Shown here: positions 51,001 through 61,560 of the stretch, in pieces
Layout: each line of letters starts with the position of its first letter
Numbering within the stretch: position 1 is the first letter of the stretch
Assembly: GCA_963811295.1 (NCBI GenBank)
Contig: CAWEQZ010000053.1
Location: 9,751 to 73,750, forward strand
Reading direction: 5' to 3'
DNA length: 64,000 nt
Source: an uncultured Rubrobacteraceae bacterium
GTDB taxonomy: Bacteria > Actinomycetota > Rubrobacteria > Rubrobacterales > Rubrobacteraceae
Notes under the pieces: model-generated
What the model was told of the DNA's origin: nothing
The model's database searches: none
Seen by the model: only the letters and a program-made list of their open reading frames with translations
Program-made: the position numbers and the translations under genes

Positions 51001-52644
51001 TTGGATACCAGGAAGGGCGCGAAGGACCGCTGGGAGGAAGCGTACACGAAGGGCCCGGAGCGCGACGCCGAGTTCTCCACAATGTCGGGCGTGCCGGTCA
51101 AGCCTCTTTATACGCCCGATGACATCGAGGGCGACTACGAAGAGAAACTCGGCTATCCGGGCGAGTATCCGTACACCCGAGGTGTGTACCCGAACATGTA
51201 TCGCGGAAGGCTCTGGACGGTGCGACAGTTCGCCGGATACGGTACGGCCGCGGAGACCAACGAGCGCTTCCGGTACCTCCTGGATCACGGCCAGAACGGC
51301 CTCTCTGTCGCCTTCGACATGCCGACGCTCATGGGCCTCGACTCGGACTCGCCGCTCTCTCTAGGCGAGGTCGGCACGGAGGGCGTCGCCGTGGACTCCC
51401 TGGAGGACATGGAACGTCTCTTCGAGGGCATCCCCATGGACGAGGTCTCGACCTCTATGACCATCAACGCCCCCGCAATGGTCCTGCTGGCCATGTACGT
51501 CGTGGCCGCCGAGAAGCAGGGCGTCGCGCCGGAGGAACTGGAGGGTACGAACCAGAACGATATCCTCAAGGAGTACATCGCCCAGAAAGAGTGGCTCTTC
51601 CCCCCAGGGCCTTCGATGCGCGTCTTCAAGGACATGCTCGTCTACGCCACAGAACATATGCCGAAGTGGAACTCCGTCTCCATAAGCGGCTACCACATCC
51701 GTGAAGCGGGGAGCACGGCGGCCCAGGAACTCGCCTTCACCCTGGCCGACGGCTTCGCCTACATCGAGGCCGGTATAGAAGCGGGCCTCGACGTGGACGA
51801 CTTCGCCCCACGCTTCTCGTTCTTCTTCAACTCCCACATAGACTTCTTCGAGGAGATCTGCAAGTTCCGAGCCGCCCGCCGAATCTGGGCCACCGTACTC
51901 AAGGAGAAGTACGGCGCGAAAGACGAGCGCTCTCTACGGATGCGCTTCCACACCCAGACCGCGGGCGTCTCCCTGACGGCCCAGGAGCCTCACAACAACG
52001 TCGCCCGCACCGCCTTCGAGGCGCTCGCCGCCATCCTGGGTGGGACGCAGAGCCTGCACACGAACTCCCTGGACGAGGCCCTCGCCCTCCCGACAGAGGA
52101 GGCGGTGCGCATAGCCGTCCGGACCCAGCAGATAGCCGCCCTGGAGACCGGAGTGGCGAACACCATAGACCCACTTGGCGGCTCGTACTTCGTCGAGGCG
52201 TTGACCGACGAGCTCGAGCGGCAGGCCTACGACTACTTCAGGCAGATAGACGAGATGGGGGGCATGATCCAGGCCATAGAGCAGGGCTTCCCGATGCGTG
52301 AGATCTCTGATGCCTCAGCCCGCTATCAGCGCGAGCTCGAAGAGAGCAAGCGCTACATGGTCAACGTCAACATCTACGAACCCCAGGACGAGCAGGACAT
52401 GGAACTCCACCGCATCGACCCCGAGGTCTCGCAAGGTCAGGTCGAACGCCTGAAATCCCTCAAGGAGAACCGAGACAACGACAGGGTCGAACGGTGCCTC
52501 GAGGAGCTCAAGCAGGCGTGCCGGAGTGACGAGAATACGATGTATTCGATCCTCGAGGCCGTGCGTGCGTACGCAACGGTCGGAGAGATCAGCGCTGCCA
52601 TGCAGGAGGTCTTCGGCGACTATCGCGAGACGCCGGTGATTTAG
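51001..52644 (+). CDS. icmA: B12-dependent acyl-CoA mutase large subunit, isobutyryl-CoA mutase type
   Basis: RQFAGYG and KEYIAQKEW specificity positions; no C-terminal B12-binding domain. Confidence 0.8.
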   Translation: MDTRKGAKDRWEEAYTKGPERDAEFSTMSGVPVKPLYTPDDIEGDYEEKLGYPGEYPYTRGVYPNMYRGRLWTVRQFAGYGTAAETNERFRYLLDHGQNGLSVAFDMPTLMGLDSDSPLSLGEVGTEGVAVDSLEDMERLFEGIPMDEVSTSMTINAPAMVLLAMYVVAAEKQGVAPEELEGTNQNDILKEYIAQKEWLFPPGPSMRVFKDMLVYATEHMPKWNSVSISGYHIREAGSTAAQELAFTLADGFAYIEAGIEAGLDVDDFAPRFSFFFNSHIDFFEEICKFRAARRIWATVLKEKYGAKDERSLRMRFHTQTAGVSLTAQEPHNNVARTAFEALAAILGGTQSLHTNSLDEALALPTEEAVRIAVRTQQIAALETGVANTIDPLGGSYFVEALTDELERQAYDYFRQIDEMGGMIQAIEQGFPMREISDASARYQRELEESKRYMVNVNIYEPQDEQDMELHRIDPEVSQGQVERLKSLKENRDNDRVERCLEELKQACRSDENTMYSILEAVRAYATVGEISAAMQEVFGDYRETPVI

Positions 52645-52645
52645 A

Positions 52646-52897
52646 GCTTCTCAGCCCGGCGCCGTTGGCGCCTTGTCAGCACGCTTCGGGCCTCTCGGCC
52701 CTCGCTCTTAGCATGTCAGCTTCTCCCGTTTGGGCCTCGCGTCACCGCGCATGAGGAATCGCTGTCCGCGGCCGTCGAGTTCTACGCTTGTGGCGAGGTT
52801 ACGAGACGACTTGCTGACTAGCTGATAAGCCGCCGAGCGGAGCGAGGCGGCGTGCTGACAAGCGTAGGCCGCAGGCCGGAGCGTGCTGAAATGCTGA
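52646..52897. repeat. Full TCAGC/GCTGA repeat element with four hairpin inserts
   Basis: Left inserts ggcgccgttggcgcc and gggcctctcggccc; right inserts gccgcc...ggcggc and ggccgcaggcc; about 90-nt spacer. Confidence 0.88.
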
Positions 52898-52958
52898 TAT
52901 ATAATCCATTTGATACTCAGGTGTCAGATTGTTGGGGTTTTCCGGAAGGAGTCGCGTT

Positions 52959-53273
52959 ATGGAAGCGAGGGTGGTGGATCTTCGGATTCTTCCCACGGAG
53001 GCGGGGGAGGTAGTTCGCATCTACAGGGACTCCGTACTGCCGGTCGCAAGGCGACAGCGGGGGTTCAAAGGAGCCCTCTTGCTGACGGATGACGAGACGG
53101 GGGTAGGGATCTCTATCTCGCTCTGGGAGACCGAGGAGGACAGGGAGGAAGGAGAGGCGAACGGTTTCTACCAGCAGCAGATCAAGAAGTTCTCCGAACT
53201 CCTGACCGAAACACCAGTTCGCAAACACTACAACGTCGGTGTTCTCCACTACGACGCCAGCGTGCTTGCGTAG
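52959..53273 (+). CDS. Antibiotic-biosynthesis-monooxygenase-like dimeric alpha/beta barrel protein
   Basis: QRGFKG..LL..GISISLWETEE pattern; RBS AAGGAG. Confidence 0.75.
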   Translation: MEARVVDLRILPTEAGEVVRIYRDSVLPVARRQRGFKGALLLTDDETGVGISISLWETEEDREEGEANGFYQQQIKKFSELLTETPVRKHYNVGVLHYDASVLA

Positions 53274-53398
53274 CCCACGGGCATAGGCAAACAAGGTGAT
53301 CGGACGGGCTGGTGGGCTTCTGCGGTCTGCTAGAATTCGGGGGCGGAGGAGTAGTTTCGGCTCCTCGCGTGGGGACCTTTGAGTAGAGGAGGAGGTCT

Positions 53399-54403
53399 AT
53401 GGCTATCCGAGAGACCAGTGCCGGCCACGATGCGCTGGGGCTGGACGAGGACGATCTACGCAGGATGCACTATTACATGCTTCTCGCACGGCGGGTCGAT
53501 GAGCGGTCCTGGATCCTAAATCGCCAGGGCAAAGCTGCGTTCGTTATCTCCTGCCAGGGCCAGGAGGCCGCACAGGTAGGCGCCGCGTACAATCTGCGCC
53601 CCGGCAACGATTTCCTGTATCCCTACTACCGCGACTCGGGGATGACCCTGCTCCTCGGTCAGACGCCCCGCGACCAGTTCCTAAGCCTCCTGGGCAAGAA
53701 GGAAGACCCGAATAGCGGCGGACGCCAGATGCCAGGCCATTACAGCAGCCGGAGACTGAACATCGTGACATCCTCTGCCCCGGTCGGGATCCAGTACCCG
53801 CAGGCCGCTGGCACGGCCCTCGCGTACAAGATACGCGGCGAGGATGGCGTCGTGCTGGTGTGCGGCGGCGAGGCGTCGACCAGCGGCGGCGACTGGCACG
53901 AGGCGATGAACTTCGCCGGAATCCATGACCTGCCCCTGGTCTTCCTCGTTGAGAACAACGTCTACGCCATCTCCGTACACTCTGAGTTCCAGGTCGCAGG
54001 CTCGATAGCGAAGCGGGCCGAGGGCTACGGCTTCCCCGGCCACGAGGTGGACGGTAACGACGTGCTTGCCGTCTACGAGGTAACCAGAGAGGCTTTCGGT
54101 CGAGCCCGCGCGGGCGAGGGTCCGACGCTCATCGAAGCGAAGACCTACCGCATGACAGCCCACTCCTCAGACGACGACGACCGTAGATACCGCGAGCGCG
54201 GGGAGATAGAGGAGTGGCGCCAGAAAGACCCCATCGTTCGTTTCGAGAAGTACCTGATGGAGAACGGCGTCCTGGAAGAGTCGGAGAGGGATGAGCTCTC
54301 GGAGCGCATAAAGGCTGAGGTCGCAGAGGCGAGCAAATACGCCGAGGACGCCCCGTTCGCCGATCCCGAAGACGTACTCTCCGGCGTCTACGCTGAGGCT
54401 TAG
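53399..54403 (+). CDS. Branched-chain 2-oxoacid dehydrogenase E1 alpha
   Basis: FVISCQGQEAAQVGAA, GRQMPGH, ENNVYAIS, HSSDDD (Bacillus BkdAA-like). Confidence 0.88.
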   Translation: MAIRETSAGHDALGLDEDDLRRMHYYMLLARRVDERSWILNRQGKAAFVISCQGQEAAQVGAAYNLRPGNDFLYPYYRDSGMTLLLGQTPRDQFLSLLGKKEDPNSGGRQMPGHYSSRRLNIVTSSAPVGIQYPQAAGTALAYKIRGEDGVVLVCGGEASTSGGDWHEAMNFAGIHDLPLVFLVENNVYAISVHSEFQVAGSIAKRAEGYGFPGHEVDGNDVLAVYEVTREAFGRARAGEGPTLIEAKTYRMTAHSSDDDDRRYRERGEIEEWRQKDPIVRFEKYLMENGVLEESERDELSERIKAEVAEASKYAEDAPFADPEDVLSGVYAEA

Positions 54404-54411
54404 GGGTGCCT

Positions 54412-55398
54412 ATGGCGACGAAGAATCTGCTCCAGGCCATCCACGAGGGGCTCGCCGAGGAGATGCGCTCGGATGAGTCGGTAATGGTGCTCGGCGAGGA
54501 CGTAGGCAGGGCCGGCGGTGTTTTCAGGGTTACGCAGGGGTTGCAGGAAGAGTTCGGTGCTGCGAGGGTGATGGACACACCGCTGGCCGAGAGCCTGATC
54601 GTGGGTTCGGCCATAGGCCTGTCGGTCAACGGGATGCGCCCCGTGGCCGAGATACAGTTCGCAGACTTCATCCCGCCGGCGTTCGACCAGATCGTCAACG
54701 AAGCGGCCAAGTTCCACTACCGCTCGAACGGCGACTGGAATTGCCCCATCACCATCAGGGCGCCATACGGCGTCGTGCCGGGCGGCGCCCTCTATCACTC
54801 CCAGAGCGTCGAGGCCTGGTTCTGCAACACGCCGGGCCTCAAGGTAGTCGCCCCCACGTTCCCGGGTGACGCCAAGGCCATGATCAAGAGCGCCATCCGA
54901 GATCCCAACCCCGTCCTCTTCCTCGAACACAAACGTACGTACCGCCTCATAAAGGAGGAGGTTCCCGACGGAGATCATGAGGTCCCCATCGGCGAGGCCC
55001 GCGTCCACCGCGAAGGCGCGGATATCACGGTCGTCGCCTACGGCCTCATGCTCTACATGGCCCTGGAGGTGGCCGAGAAACTATCCGAAGAGCACGGTAT
55101 AGAGACCGAGGTCGTAGAACCAAGAACCCTGTATCCGCTGGACAAGGAGAAGATCCTGGACTCGGCGAAGAAGACGGGCAAAGTACTGGTTATCTCCGAG
55201 GCCAACCTGACGGGCTCGGTCTCTGGAGAGATCGCGGCCATCGTAGCGCGCGAGGCGTTCGAGTGGCTGGATGGGCCCGTGATGCGCCTCGGGGCGCCCG
55301 ACGTGCCTGCGGCGGCTTTCGCGAAGCCGATGATGGACTACTTCGTGCCTTCGGCGGAGAAGATAGAAGAAGCCATGCTCGAGCTGGCACGCTACTAG
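54412..55398 (+). CDS. Branched-chain 2-oxoacid dehydrogenase E1 beta
   Basis: GEDVG..GGVF, DTPLAE, EIQFADF, LYHSQS. Confidence 0.88.
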   Translation: MATKNLLQAIHEGLAEEMRSDESVMVLGEDVGRAGGVFRVTQGLQEEFGAARVMDTPLAESLIVGSAIGLSVNGMRPVAEIQFADFIPPAFDQIVNEAAKFHYRSNGDWNCPITIRAPYGVVPGGALYHSQSVEAWFCNTPGLKVVAPTFPGDAKAMIKSAIRDPNPVLFLEHKRTYRLIKEEVPDGDHEVPIGEARVHREGADITVVAYGLMLYMALEVAEKLSEEHGIETEVVEPRTLYPLDKEKILDSAKKTGKVLVISEANLTGSVSGEIAAIVAREAFEWLDGPVMRLGAPDVPAAAFAKPMMDYFVPSAEKIEEAMLELARY

Positions 55399-56169
55399 AT
55401 GGACGTGCGGGGGTACAACCGGGAAGCCTGGGACAAGCAGGTCGAGGACGGCAACCAGTGGACCGTCCCAGTCGGCCCCGAGGTCATCGGGGCCGCCCGT
55501 CGCGGGCGGTGGGAGGTCTTGCTAACGGACACGAAGCCGGTCCCGTGGGAGTGGTTTCCCGAGATGGTGGGCGCCGATATCCTATGCCTCGCCTCCGGCG
55601 GGGGCCAGCAGGCCCCGACCTTCGCCGCCGCCGGGGCCAACGTTACCGTGCTCGACAACTCGCCAAAGCAACTCGCGCAAGACGCGTTCGTCGCCGAGCG
55701 CGAGTCGCTCGACATAAAGACCGTGCAGGGCGACATGCGGGACCTCTCGGCCTTCACCGACGAGAGCTTCGACCTCGTCTTCCACCCTGTCTCCAACCTG
55801 TTCGTGCCCGAGGTCGGGCCCGTCTGGAACGAGGCTTTCCGCGTGTTGCGCAAGGGTGGCGCCCTGCTCGCAGGTTTCCTCAACCCCGTGGTCTACGTCT
55901 TCGACCTCGAGCTCGCCGATAGCACGGGCGAGGTCAGGGTCAGATACAAGTTGCCCTACGCTGATGCGACGAGCAAGGACGAACAAGAGTTGGGACGGCA
56001 GATGGAGAGGGGAGAGCCGCTCGAGTTCAGCCACACGCTGGAGGAGCAGATCGGGGGTCAGATCAGAGCGGGCTTTTTGATCTCCGGTTTTTACGAAGAC
56101 CGCCATCGCGACGATCCGATCGCCGCCTTCATGCCGACCTTCGTCGCCACCAGGGCGATCAAACCATAA
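55399..56169 (+). CDS. Class I SAM-dependent methyltransferase
   Basis: [10 protein letters not shown] motif [25 protein letters not shown]. Confidence 0.9.
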   Translation: MDVRGYNREAWDKQVEDGNQWTVPVGPEVIGAARRGRWEVLLTDTKPVPWEWFPEMVGADILCLASGGGQQAPTFAAAGANVTVLDNSPKQLAQDAFVAERESLDIKTVQGDMRDLSAFTDESFDLVFHPVSNLFVPEVGPVWNEAFRVLRKGGALLAGFLNPVVYVFDLELADSTGEVRVRYKLPYADATSKDEQELGRQMERGEPLEFSHTLEEQIGGQIRAGFLISGFYEDRHRDDPIAAFMPTFVATRAIKP

Positions 56170-56185
56170 CAAACAGGAGGACCCC

Positions 56186-57532
56186 GTGGCCAAACCGGTG
56201 ACGATGCCGCAACTCGGCGAGAGCGTGACGGAAGGCACCATAACCCGCTGGCTGAAGGCCGAAGGCGACGAGGTGGAGATCGACGAACCCCTCGCCGAGG
56301 TAGACACTGACAAGGTCAACGCCGAGTTGCCTTCGCCCGTGGCGGGCACCATAGAGAAGTTTCTCGTCTCTGAAGGCTCGACGGTCGACGTGGGGACCGA
56401 GATCGCGCTCGTCGCCGACGAGAGCGATGCCCCCGCCGCAGACGCCCCGCCACAGGAGAACGTCGCTGCCGGCGCTCCCACGGAAGAGTTCCCGGCCTCG
56501 GGCACCGAAGCCCAGCCCGTCTCGCAGGGTACCGGGAGGCAGCGAGTCACGGTTCCCGCAGACAGCGATGGCGACGGGCGCGGCGAGGTCGAAGACGCCG
56601 AGACCCTGCGGCTCACCCGCTCCTCGCCGGTCGTCCGGCGTCTCGCCGAGGAGCACGGCGTGGAGATAGCGGAGATCCCGGGCACGGGCACGGGCGGACG
56701 CGTAACCAGAAAAGACATCGAAGGTTACATCGAGGAACAGGAGGAGCGCGAAGAGTACGCGCCGCCGGGACTACAGGAAGAGCGGGAAGCCTTAGCGCAG
56801 CCCGAGCCGGAGATCGAACGCGTGCCTGTCTACGAGGGCGACAGCGTCGAGGACCTGACCGGTATCAGGCGGGCCATAGCCAACCGCATGTCAGCGAGCA
56901 AGCGCGAGGCCCCGCACGCCTGGACCATGGTCGAGGTGGACGTCAGCGGGCTCGCCGCCCTGCGCGAACGGGAGAAAGAGGCATTCGCCGAGCGCGAAGG
57001 CGTGAAGCTAACCTACCTGCCATTCATAGTAAAGGCAACCGTCGAGAGCCTCAAAGAGAATCCCGTCCTCAACTCGGTCTGGGACGGGGACCGCATAATC
57101 TTGAGAAAGCGCATAAACGTCGGCGTGGCCGTGGACCTCGAAGACGCCTTGATCGTGCCCGTTATCACCGATGCCGACGAGTTGAACATCCTCGGGCTCG
57201 CCCGCAAGATAGACGACCTGGTGCGGCGCGCCCGCGTCAGAAAACTCGGCACCGAAGACGTCTCGGGCGGCACCTTCACCGTCAACAACCCGGGCTCTTT
57301 GGGAAGCGTTGTCTCCACGCCAATCATCAATCATCCGCAGGCGGCGATACTCTCTGCGGAAGCCATCGTCAAGCGTCCCGTCGTGATAGACGACGCTATC
57401 GCCATTCGCAACATGATGAACCTGGAGGTCTCCTTCGACCACCGCATCCTCGACGGTGGCGCCGCTCTCAAGTTCCTGAACGCCGTCAAGCGACGGCTGG
57501 AGGCTTACGAGCCTGGGAGTGGCATTAGTTAG
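56186..57532 (+). CDS. Dihydrolipoamide acyltransferase E2 (branched-chain type)
   Basis: Lipoyl DTDKV, GTGTGGRVT, PHAW, SFDHRILDG. Confidence 0.92.
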   Translation: MAKPVTMPQLGESVTEGTITRWLKAEGDEVEIDEPLAEVDTDKVNAELPSPVAGTIEKFLVSEGSTVDVGTEIALVADESDAPAADAPPQENVAAGAPTEEFPASGTEAQPVSQGTGRQRVTVPADSDGDGRGEVEDAETLRLTRSSPVVRRLAEEHGVEIAEIPGTGTGGRVTRKDIEGYIEEQEEREEYAPPGLQEEREALAQPEPEIERVPVYEGDSVEDLTGIRRAIANRMSASKREAPHAWTMVEVDVSGLAALREREKEAFAEREGVKLTYLPFIVKATVESLKENPVLNSVWDGDRIILRKRINVGVAVDLEDALIVPVITDADELNILGLARKIDDLVRRARVRKLGTEDVSGGTFTVNNPGSLGSVVSTPIINHPQAAILSAEAIVKRPVVIDDAIAIRNMMNLEVSFDHRILDGGAALKFLNAVKRRLEAYEPGSGIS

Positions 57533-57548
57533 GTGCCCCTTCGAGGGA

Positions 57549-58334
57549 CTACCCCCGCGGCACGAGTGCGAGCGCCCGCACGGGGCTTCCTGTACCGCCG
57601 GTCAGCTTCAGCGGGGCTACGAAGAACAGTGCTCCGGTTTGCGGCAGGGCGCCAAGGTTTGCGAGCTGCGTAACGCCGTACTTTCCCGCGCCCATGAGAT
57701 AGAAGTGGGCCGGGAAAGGAGGATCGAACTCGGCCGCGCCGCCCGCGTCGATGCCGACGGTCTCCACCCCGACGCCGACGAGAGGGCTCTCCTCGGCGAT
57801 CCAACGGGCGCACTCGACGTCGAAACCGGGCGAGTGCGGGTTGCCGTCTTGCGCGCCAAGGAACGTTTCGGCGTCCTGTGCGCGCGCGTCCCACCCCGTG
57901 CGGAGCAGCAGCCAGCCGCCTTCGGGCAGCGGTCCGTGCTCATCTTCGAACGCGTGCACCTCATCGACGGTGAGCAGGTAGTCGGGGTTCTCGGCGCTCT
58001 CGGCGGAACGGTCGATCACGACCGCAGGGGCGATGAGGTGCCGGGGCGGCACCTGCGAGACGTCTCTGCCGTCGCGGCCGCTGATCCAGTGTATGGGCGC
58101 GTCGAAGTGCGTGCCTGTGTGCTCGCCGATCTCGAGCCAGTACCAGGCCCACGCGGGGCCCCGCTCATCGTAGCGGCTGATCTCGTGCCGCTTCACCGCA
58201 GGAGTCTGCGCGAACTGCTCGGGCAGCTGGATAACCGGGGTGCGCTCGTTCAACGGCTGGGTCAGGTCCACGACCTCGACGGCACCACTGCCGAGCGCCT
58301 CGACGAGTGACGCGACCGTCTCTTGCGGCATCAT
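57549..58334 (-). CDS. Cyclase-family metal hydrolase (isatin hydrolase/kynurenine formamidase-like)
   Basis: EHTGTHFDAPIHW, LLRTGW, GSPVRA. Confidence 0.9.
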   Translation of the reverse strand: MMPQETVASLVEALGSGAVEVVDLTQPLNERTPVIQLPEQFAQTPAVKRHEISRYDERGPAWAWYWLEIGEHTGTHFDAPIHWISGRDGRDVSQVPPRHLIAPAVVIDRSAESAENPDYLLTVDEVHAFEDEHGPLPEGGWLLLRTGWDARAQDAETFLGAQDGNPHSPGFDVECARWIAEESPLVGVGVETVGIDAGGAAEFDPPFPAHFYLMGAGKYGVTQLANLGALPQTGALFFVAPLKLTGGTGSPVRALALVPRG

Positions 58335-58347
58335 CTGCTGCCTCCTT

Positions 58348-59994
58348 TCAATGGGCGCGGAACGCCTCTGCGAGCCACTCGGCCCGTACCTCCGGGTTGA
58401 CCTTGGCGTCGATTACGAGTGGGCGATCTCGCCTCTCCAACCAGTCCTGAATCGGCGACAGGTCTCCTTTGTTTCTGACGATAATGCCCTCGGCCCCGGC
58501 CGCCCGCGCGAGCGCGGCGAAGTCGGTGTCTGGAAAGCGCGCCACGTCTACCGGGCGTCCCATAGGGCCGAAGTGGTGCACCTCCGCGCCGTAGGCCGCG
58601 TCGTTGTAGATGACGACGAGCATTGGCAGGCGGTAGCGGGCGGCCGTCTCCATCTCCCCCAGGGCCATGAGTGCGCCGCCGTCGCCTACAGCGGCGACAG
58701 AGAGCCTCTCCGGTCGCGCGACCGCGGCCCCGATACCGCTTGCGAGCCCCAACCCCACCGACTGGAAGGCGTTCGGGAACACGAAGCCTTGCCGGTCGGG
58801 CACGTCGAGGTACATCGCCGGATAGCCGAGAAAATGTCCCGAGTCGGTACAAACCGTGCGTTCTCCCGGTAACAGGTCATCCAGTGCGATGGTCAAGGTG
58901 CGCGGGTCTATGTATTCGGCGGTACCGAGATCCTCGTAAGGCTCGTCGCGGGGGCGGCCCGCAGAGATCTCGCGCTCTAGCCCGTCACTCCTGAATCCCT
59001 GGCCGCCCACGCCTCGCCGTTCGAGCTCATCGACGATGGCGCGGGCAGCTCCTGCCGCGTCCCCGACGACGCCGACGTCGGCACGATAGAGCCGGCCTAT
59101 CGCCTCCTCCTCCAGATCGACCTGAACCACGCGCGCATCGGACGGGAACAGGCTGCCGTGGCGCACGGTCCAGTGGTTCAGTGACGCGCCGAATGCGAGC
59201 ACGATGTCTGCCCTTCCCAGCAACTCTAAGGCGAGCGAGGAGGAGAAACCGCCGGCTATCCCGACGGAGTAAGGGTTGCCGGTAAAGATCCCGTGCCCCA
59301 TCGCGCTCGTCGCGAGCACGGCTCCAACCCTATCTCCCAGGGCCTCCAGCGCCTCGCGAGCGTCTGCAAGTGCGGCGCCCTGCCCCGCGACGATTGCAGG
59401 TCGCTGTGAGAGAGCGAGCAGGTCCGCGACCGCGGCGACAGAACCCTCCGCCGGACCCGGCGGCTCCAGCGGTGGCCAGTACGGGACGGCCGGTGGGCCG
59501 CCGGGGCAATGCTCTTCGACTACGTCGATCGGGATGCTCAGGACGACGGGGCGGCGCTCGGTCTGCGCGCGCCTGAGCGCCCTGGCGGTGTCGGCGACGG
59601 CGGTCTCAGGCCCGCGCACGCGCTCGGGGATCGCGCCGACCGTCGCCGCCAGGGCGGCTTGATCTACTTTGAAGTTCGACCAGAGCGTCCCAGTCGGAAT
59701 GTCCGCGGCCAGCACGACAAGCGGCGTGCGGGCTTTTGCGGCCTCCGCCAGCCCCGTGAGCGTGTTCGTAAAGCCAGGGCCTTGATGGACGCTCGCGACG
59801 CCGACCTTTCTAGAGGCGCGGGCGTAGCCGTCCGCCATCATGACCGCGCCGCACTCGTGGCGGGAAGAGTAGAACGCCGCCCCCTCCGCCTTTAGCGCGT
59901 TCATGACGGCAAAGTTGCCGCTTCCGGCGAGCCCGAAGAACGCTTCGATACCACCATCGACCAGCACACGTCCGATCGCTTGGGAGACTCGCAT
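58348..59994 (-). CDS. Thiamine-diphosphate-dependent enzyme (acetolactate-synthase-like fold)
   Basis: RHECGA..MADGY, GPG.TN, GDGG...YND ThDP motif. Confidence 0.9.
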   Translation of the reverse strand: MRVSQAIGRVLVDGGIEAFFGLAGSGNFAVMNALKAEGAAFYSSRHECGAVMMADGYARASRKVGVASVHQGPGFTNTLTGLAEAAKARTPLVVLAADIPTGTLWSNFKVDQAALAATVGAIPERVRGPETAVADTARALRRAQTERRPVVLSIPIDVVEEHCPGGPPAVPYWPPLEPPGPAEGSVAAVADLLALSQRPAIVAGQGAALADAREALEALGDRVGAVLATSAMGHGIFTGNPYSVGIAGGFSSSLALELLGRADIVLAFGASLNHWTVRHGSLFPSDARVVQVDLEEEAIGRLYRADVGVVGDAAGAARAIVDELERRGVGGQGFRSDGLEREISAGRPRDEPYEDLGTAEYIDPRTLTIALDDLLPGERTVCTDSGHFLGYPAMYLDVPDRQGFVFPNAFQSVGLGLASGIGAAVARPERLSVAAVGDGGALMALGEMETAARYRLPMLVVIYNDAAYGAEVHHFGPMGRPVDVARFPDTDFAALARAAGAEGIIVRNKGDLSPIQDWLERRDRPLVIDAKVNPEVRAEWLAEAFRAH

Positions 59995-60312
59995 GCCTCA
60001 GGTCTCCCCACAGGGGGAGTGCCGGCCGGTAAAGACGGAGCTTATCACCCGTTCCCCTCCTCATTCTTGGAGCGTGGTTCAAAGAGTATCGCTTGAACCA
60101 TAAGTCAACACAGAGGCCCGCGCAACATTGGGGAGATCGCCCGGCGGTTGCTCCTGGAGGACAGAACGCGGTTAAACTTGGACTGTGAAGCGAGGAAAGT
60201 CACCCTTTCCTGAGCCGAGCACATCTTCGGCTCGTCTCGGGGTGACGGCTTGAGCGGGGTGATAGGCCGCTCTCGGTGGGTTTGAGTTGACGGTGCAGGC
60301 ACCGAAACGGAC

Positions 60313-61560
60313 GTGAACATCGAGTTCCAACGTTTGCTCGAAGATGTACTGAATAGGATCGACCACGAGGAACTCGTGCATCTGGCGCAGGAACTCGTCC
60401 GCATCCCTAGCGTCTACCGTCCTGAAGAGGCGGATGGCAACGAGGCGCGGGTCGCCAGGTTCGTCGCGAATTATCTGGAGCGCACGGGTTTCGAGGTCAG
60501 CGTCGAGGAAGTCATGCCTGGTCGTCCGAACGTGTGGGCCGTGTGGGAGGGAGACCGTACGGGGAAGACCCTGCTCTTCGAGGCGCATACGGACGTGGTG
60601 ACGGAAGGGAGTGCGGAGGACTGGGACCACCCGCCGTTCGGCGCCGAGAGAGATAGGGGCCGTATCTACGGCCGCGGGGCATGCGACACCAAAGGGAACC
60701 TGGCGGCGGCCGTGGGGGCCGTGCGTGCTGTAAAGGACTCCGGTGTCCCTTTCCCTGGTAGCCTGATACTCTGTCATCCCGTGGACGAGGAGGGGATGAT
60801 GACCGGGATCAAGGCTTTCATCGAACGAGGGCACGCTGATGGCGTAGACGCCGCCGTTATCTGCGAGCCCGAGGAGAACCAGCTCTGCATAAAGCAGAAA
60901 GGCGCGCTCAGGGTGGAAGTTACCCTGCGCGGAACGATGGCGCACGGGGCTATGCCTCAGAGCGGCGTCAACCCGGTTACCCGGGCCGCGAGGTTCGTCG
61001 TCGCGGTCGAGGAACTGGAGGGCGAGGAGATCGAACGCCACGGCGAGGATCCGTTCCTCGGCTATCCGAGCCTCACGCCGACAATCCTCATGGGCCCAGG
61101 CTCCGGTGAGCCCCAAGTCAACGTCATCCCGGCGAGCGCCTACGTCGCCCTGGATATCCGTACGGTGCCGGATCAATCCCACAGAGATCTCATAGAGCGA
61201 CTGGAAGATATCATCGCGAGGCTTGCTTCGGAAGACCCCGACTTCGACGCGACGCTGGAGGTGATCGAAGAGCGCCCGCCGACCGAGACCCCGAAAGACG
61301 AGCAGCTGGTCGGGGCGATGGAGAGGGCATACGAGCATCTGACCGGCCAGGAGCCGTTTTACAACGGGGTCCCAGGCGCTACCGACGGCACCTTCCTGCA
61401 TGCGTGGGCCGGCATCCCCATCGTCACGACGGGGGCCGGGGATCGGGAGATCCCACACCAGGCAGACGAGTGGGTCGACGAGGAGGAACTCTTCACCACG
61501 TGCAAACTCTACGCCGCAACCGCGATGTACTACGCCTACGGAGAGGAAGCCTATGTTTGA
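60313..61560 (+). CDS. M20 metallopeptidase (ArgE/DapE-like)
   Basis: AHTDVV, GRGACDTKG, DEE, CEP, HQADE. Confidence 0.9.
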   Translation: MNIEFQRLLEDVLNRIDHEELVHLAQELVRIPSVYRPEEADGNEARVARFVANYLERTGFEVSVEEVMPGRPNVWAVWEGDRTGKTLLFEAHTDVVTEGSAEDWDHPPFGAERDRGRIYGRGACDTKGNLAAAVGAVRAVKDSGVPFPGSLILCHPVDEEGMMTGIKAFIERGHADGVDAAVICEPEENQLCIKQKGALRVEVTLRGTMAHGAMPQSGVNPVTRAARFVVAVEELEGEEIERHGEDPFLGYPSLTPTILMGPGSGEPQVNVIPASAYVALDIRTVPDQSHRDLIERLEDIIARLASEDPDFDATLEVIEERPPTETPKDEQLVGAMERAYEHLTGQEPFYNGVPGATDGTFLHAWAGIPIVTTGAGDREIPHQADEWVDEEELFTTCKLYAATAMYYAYGEEAYV

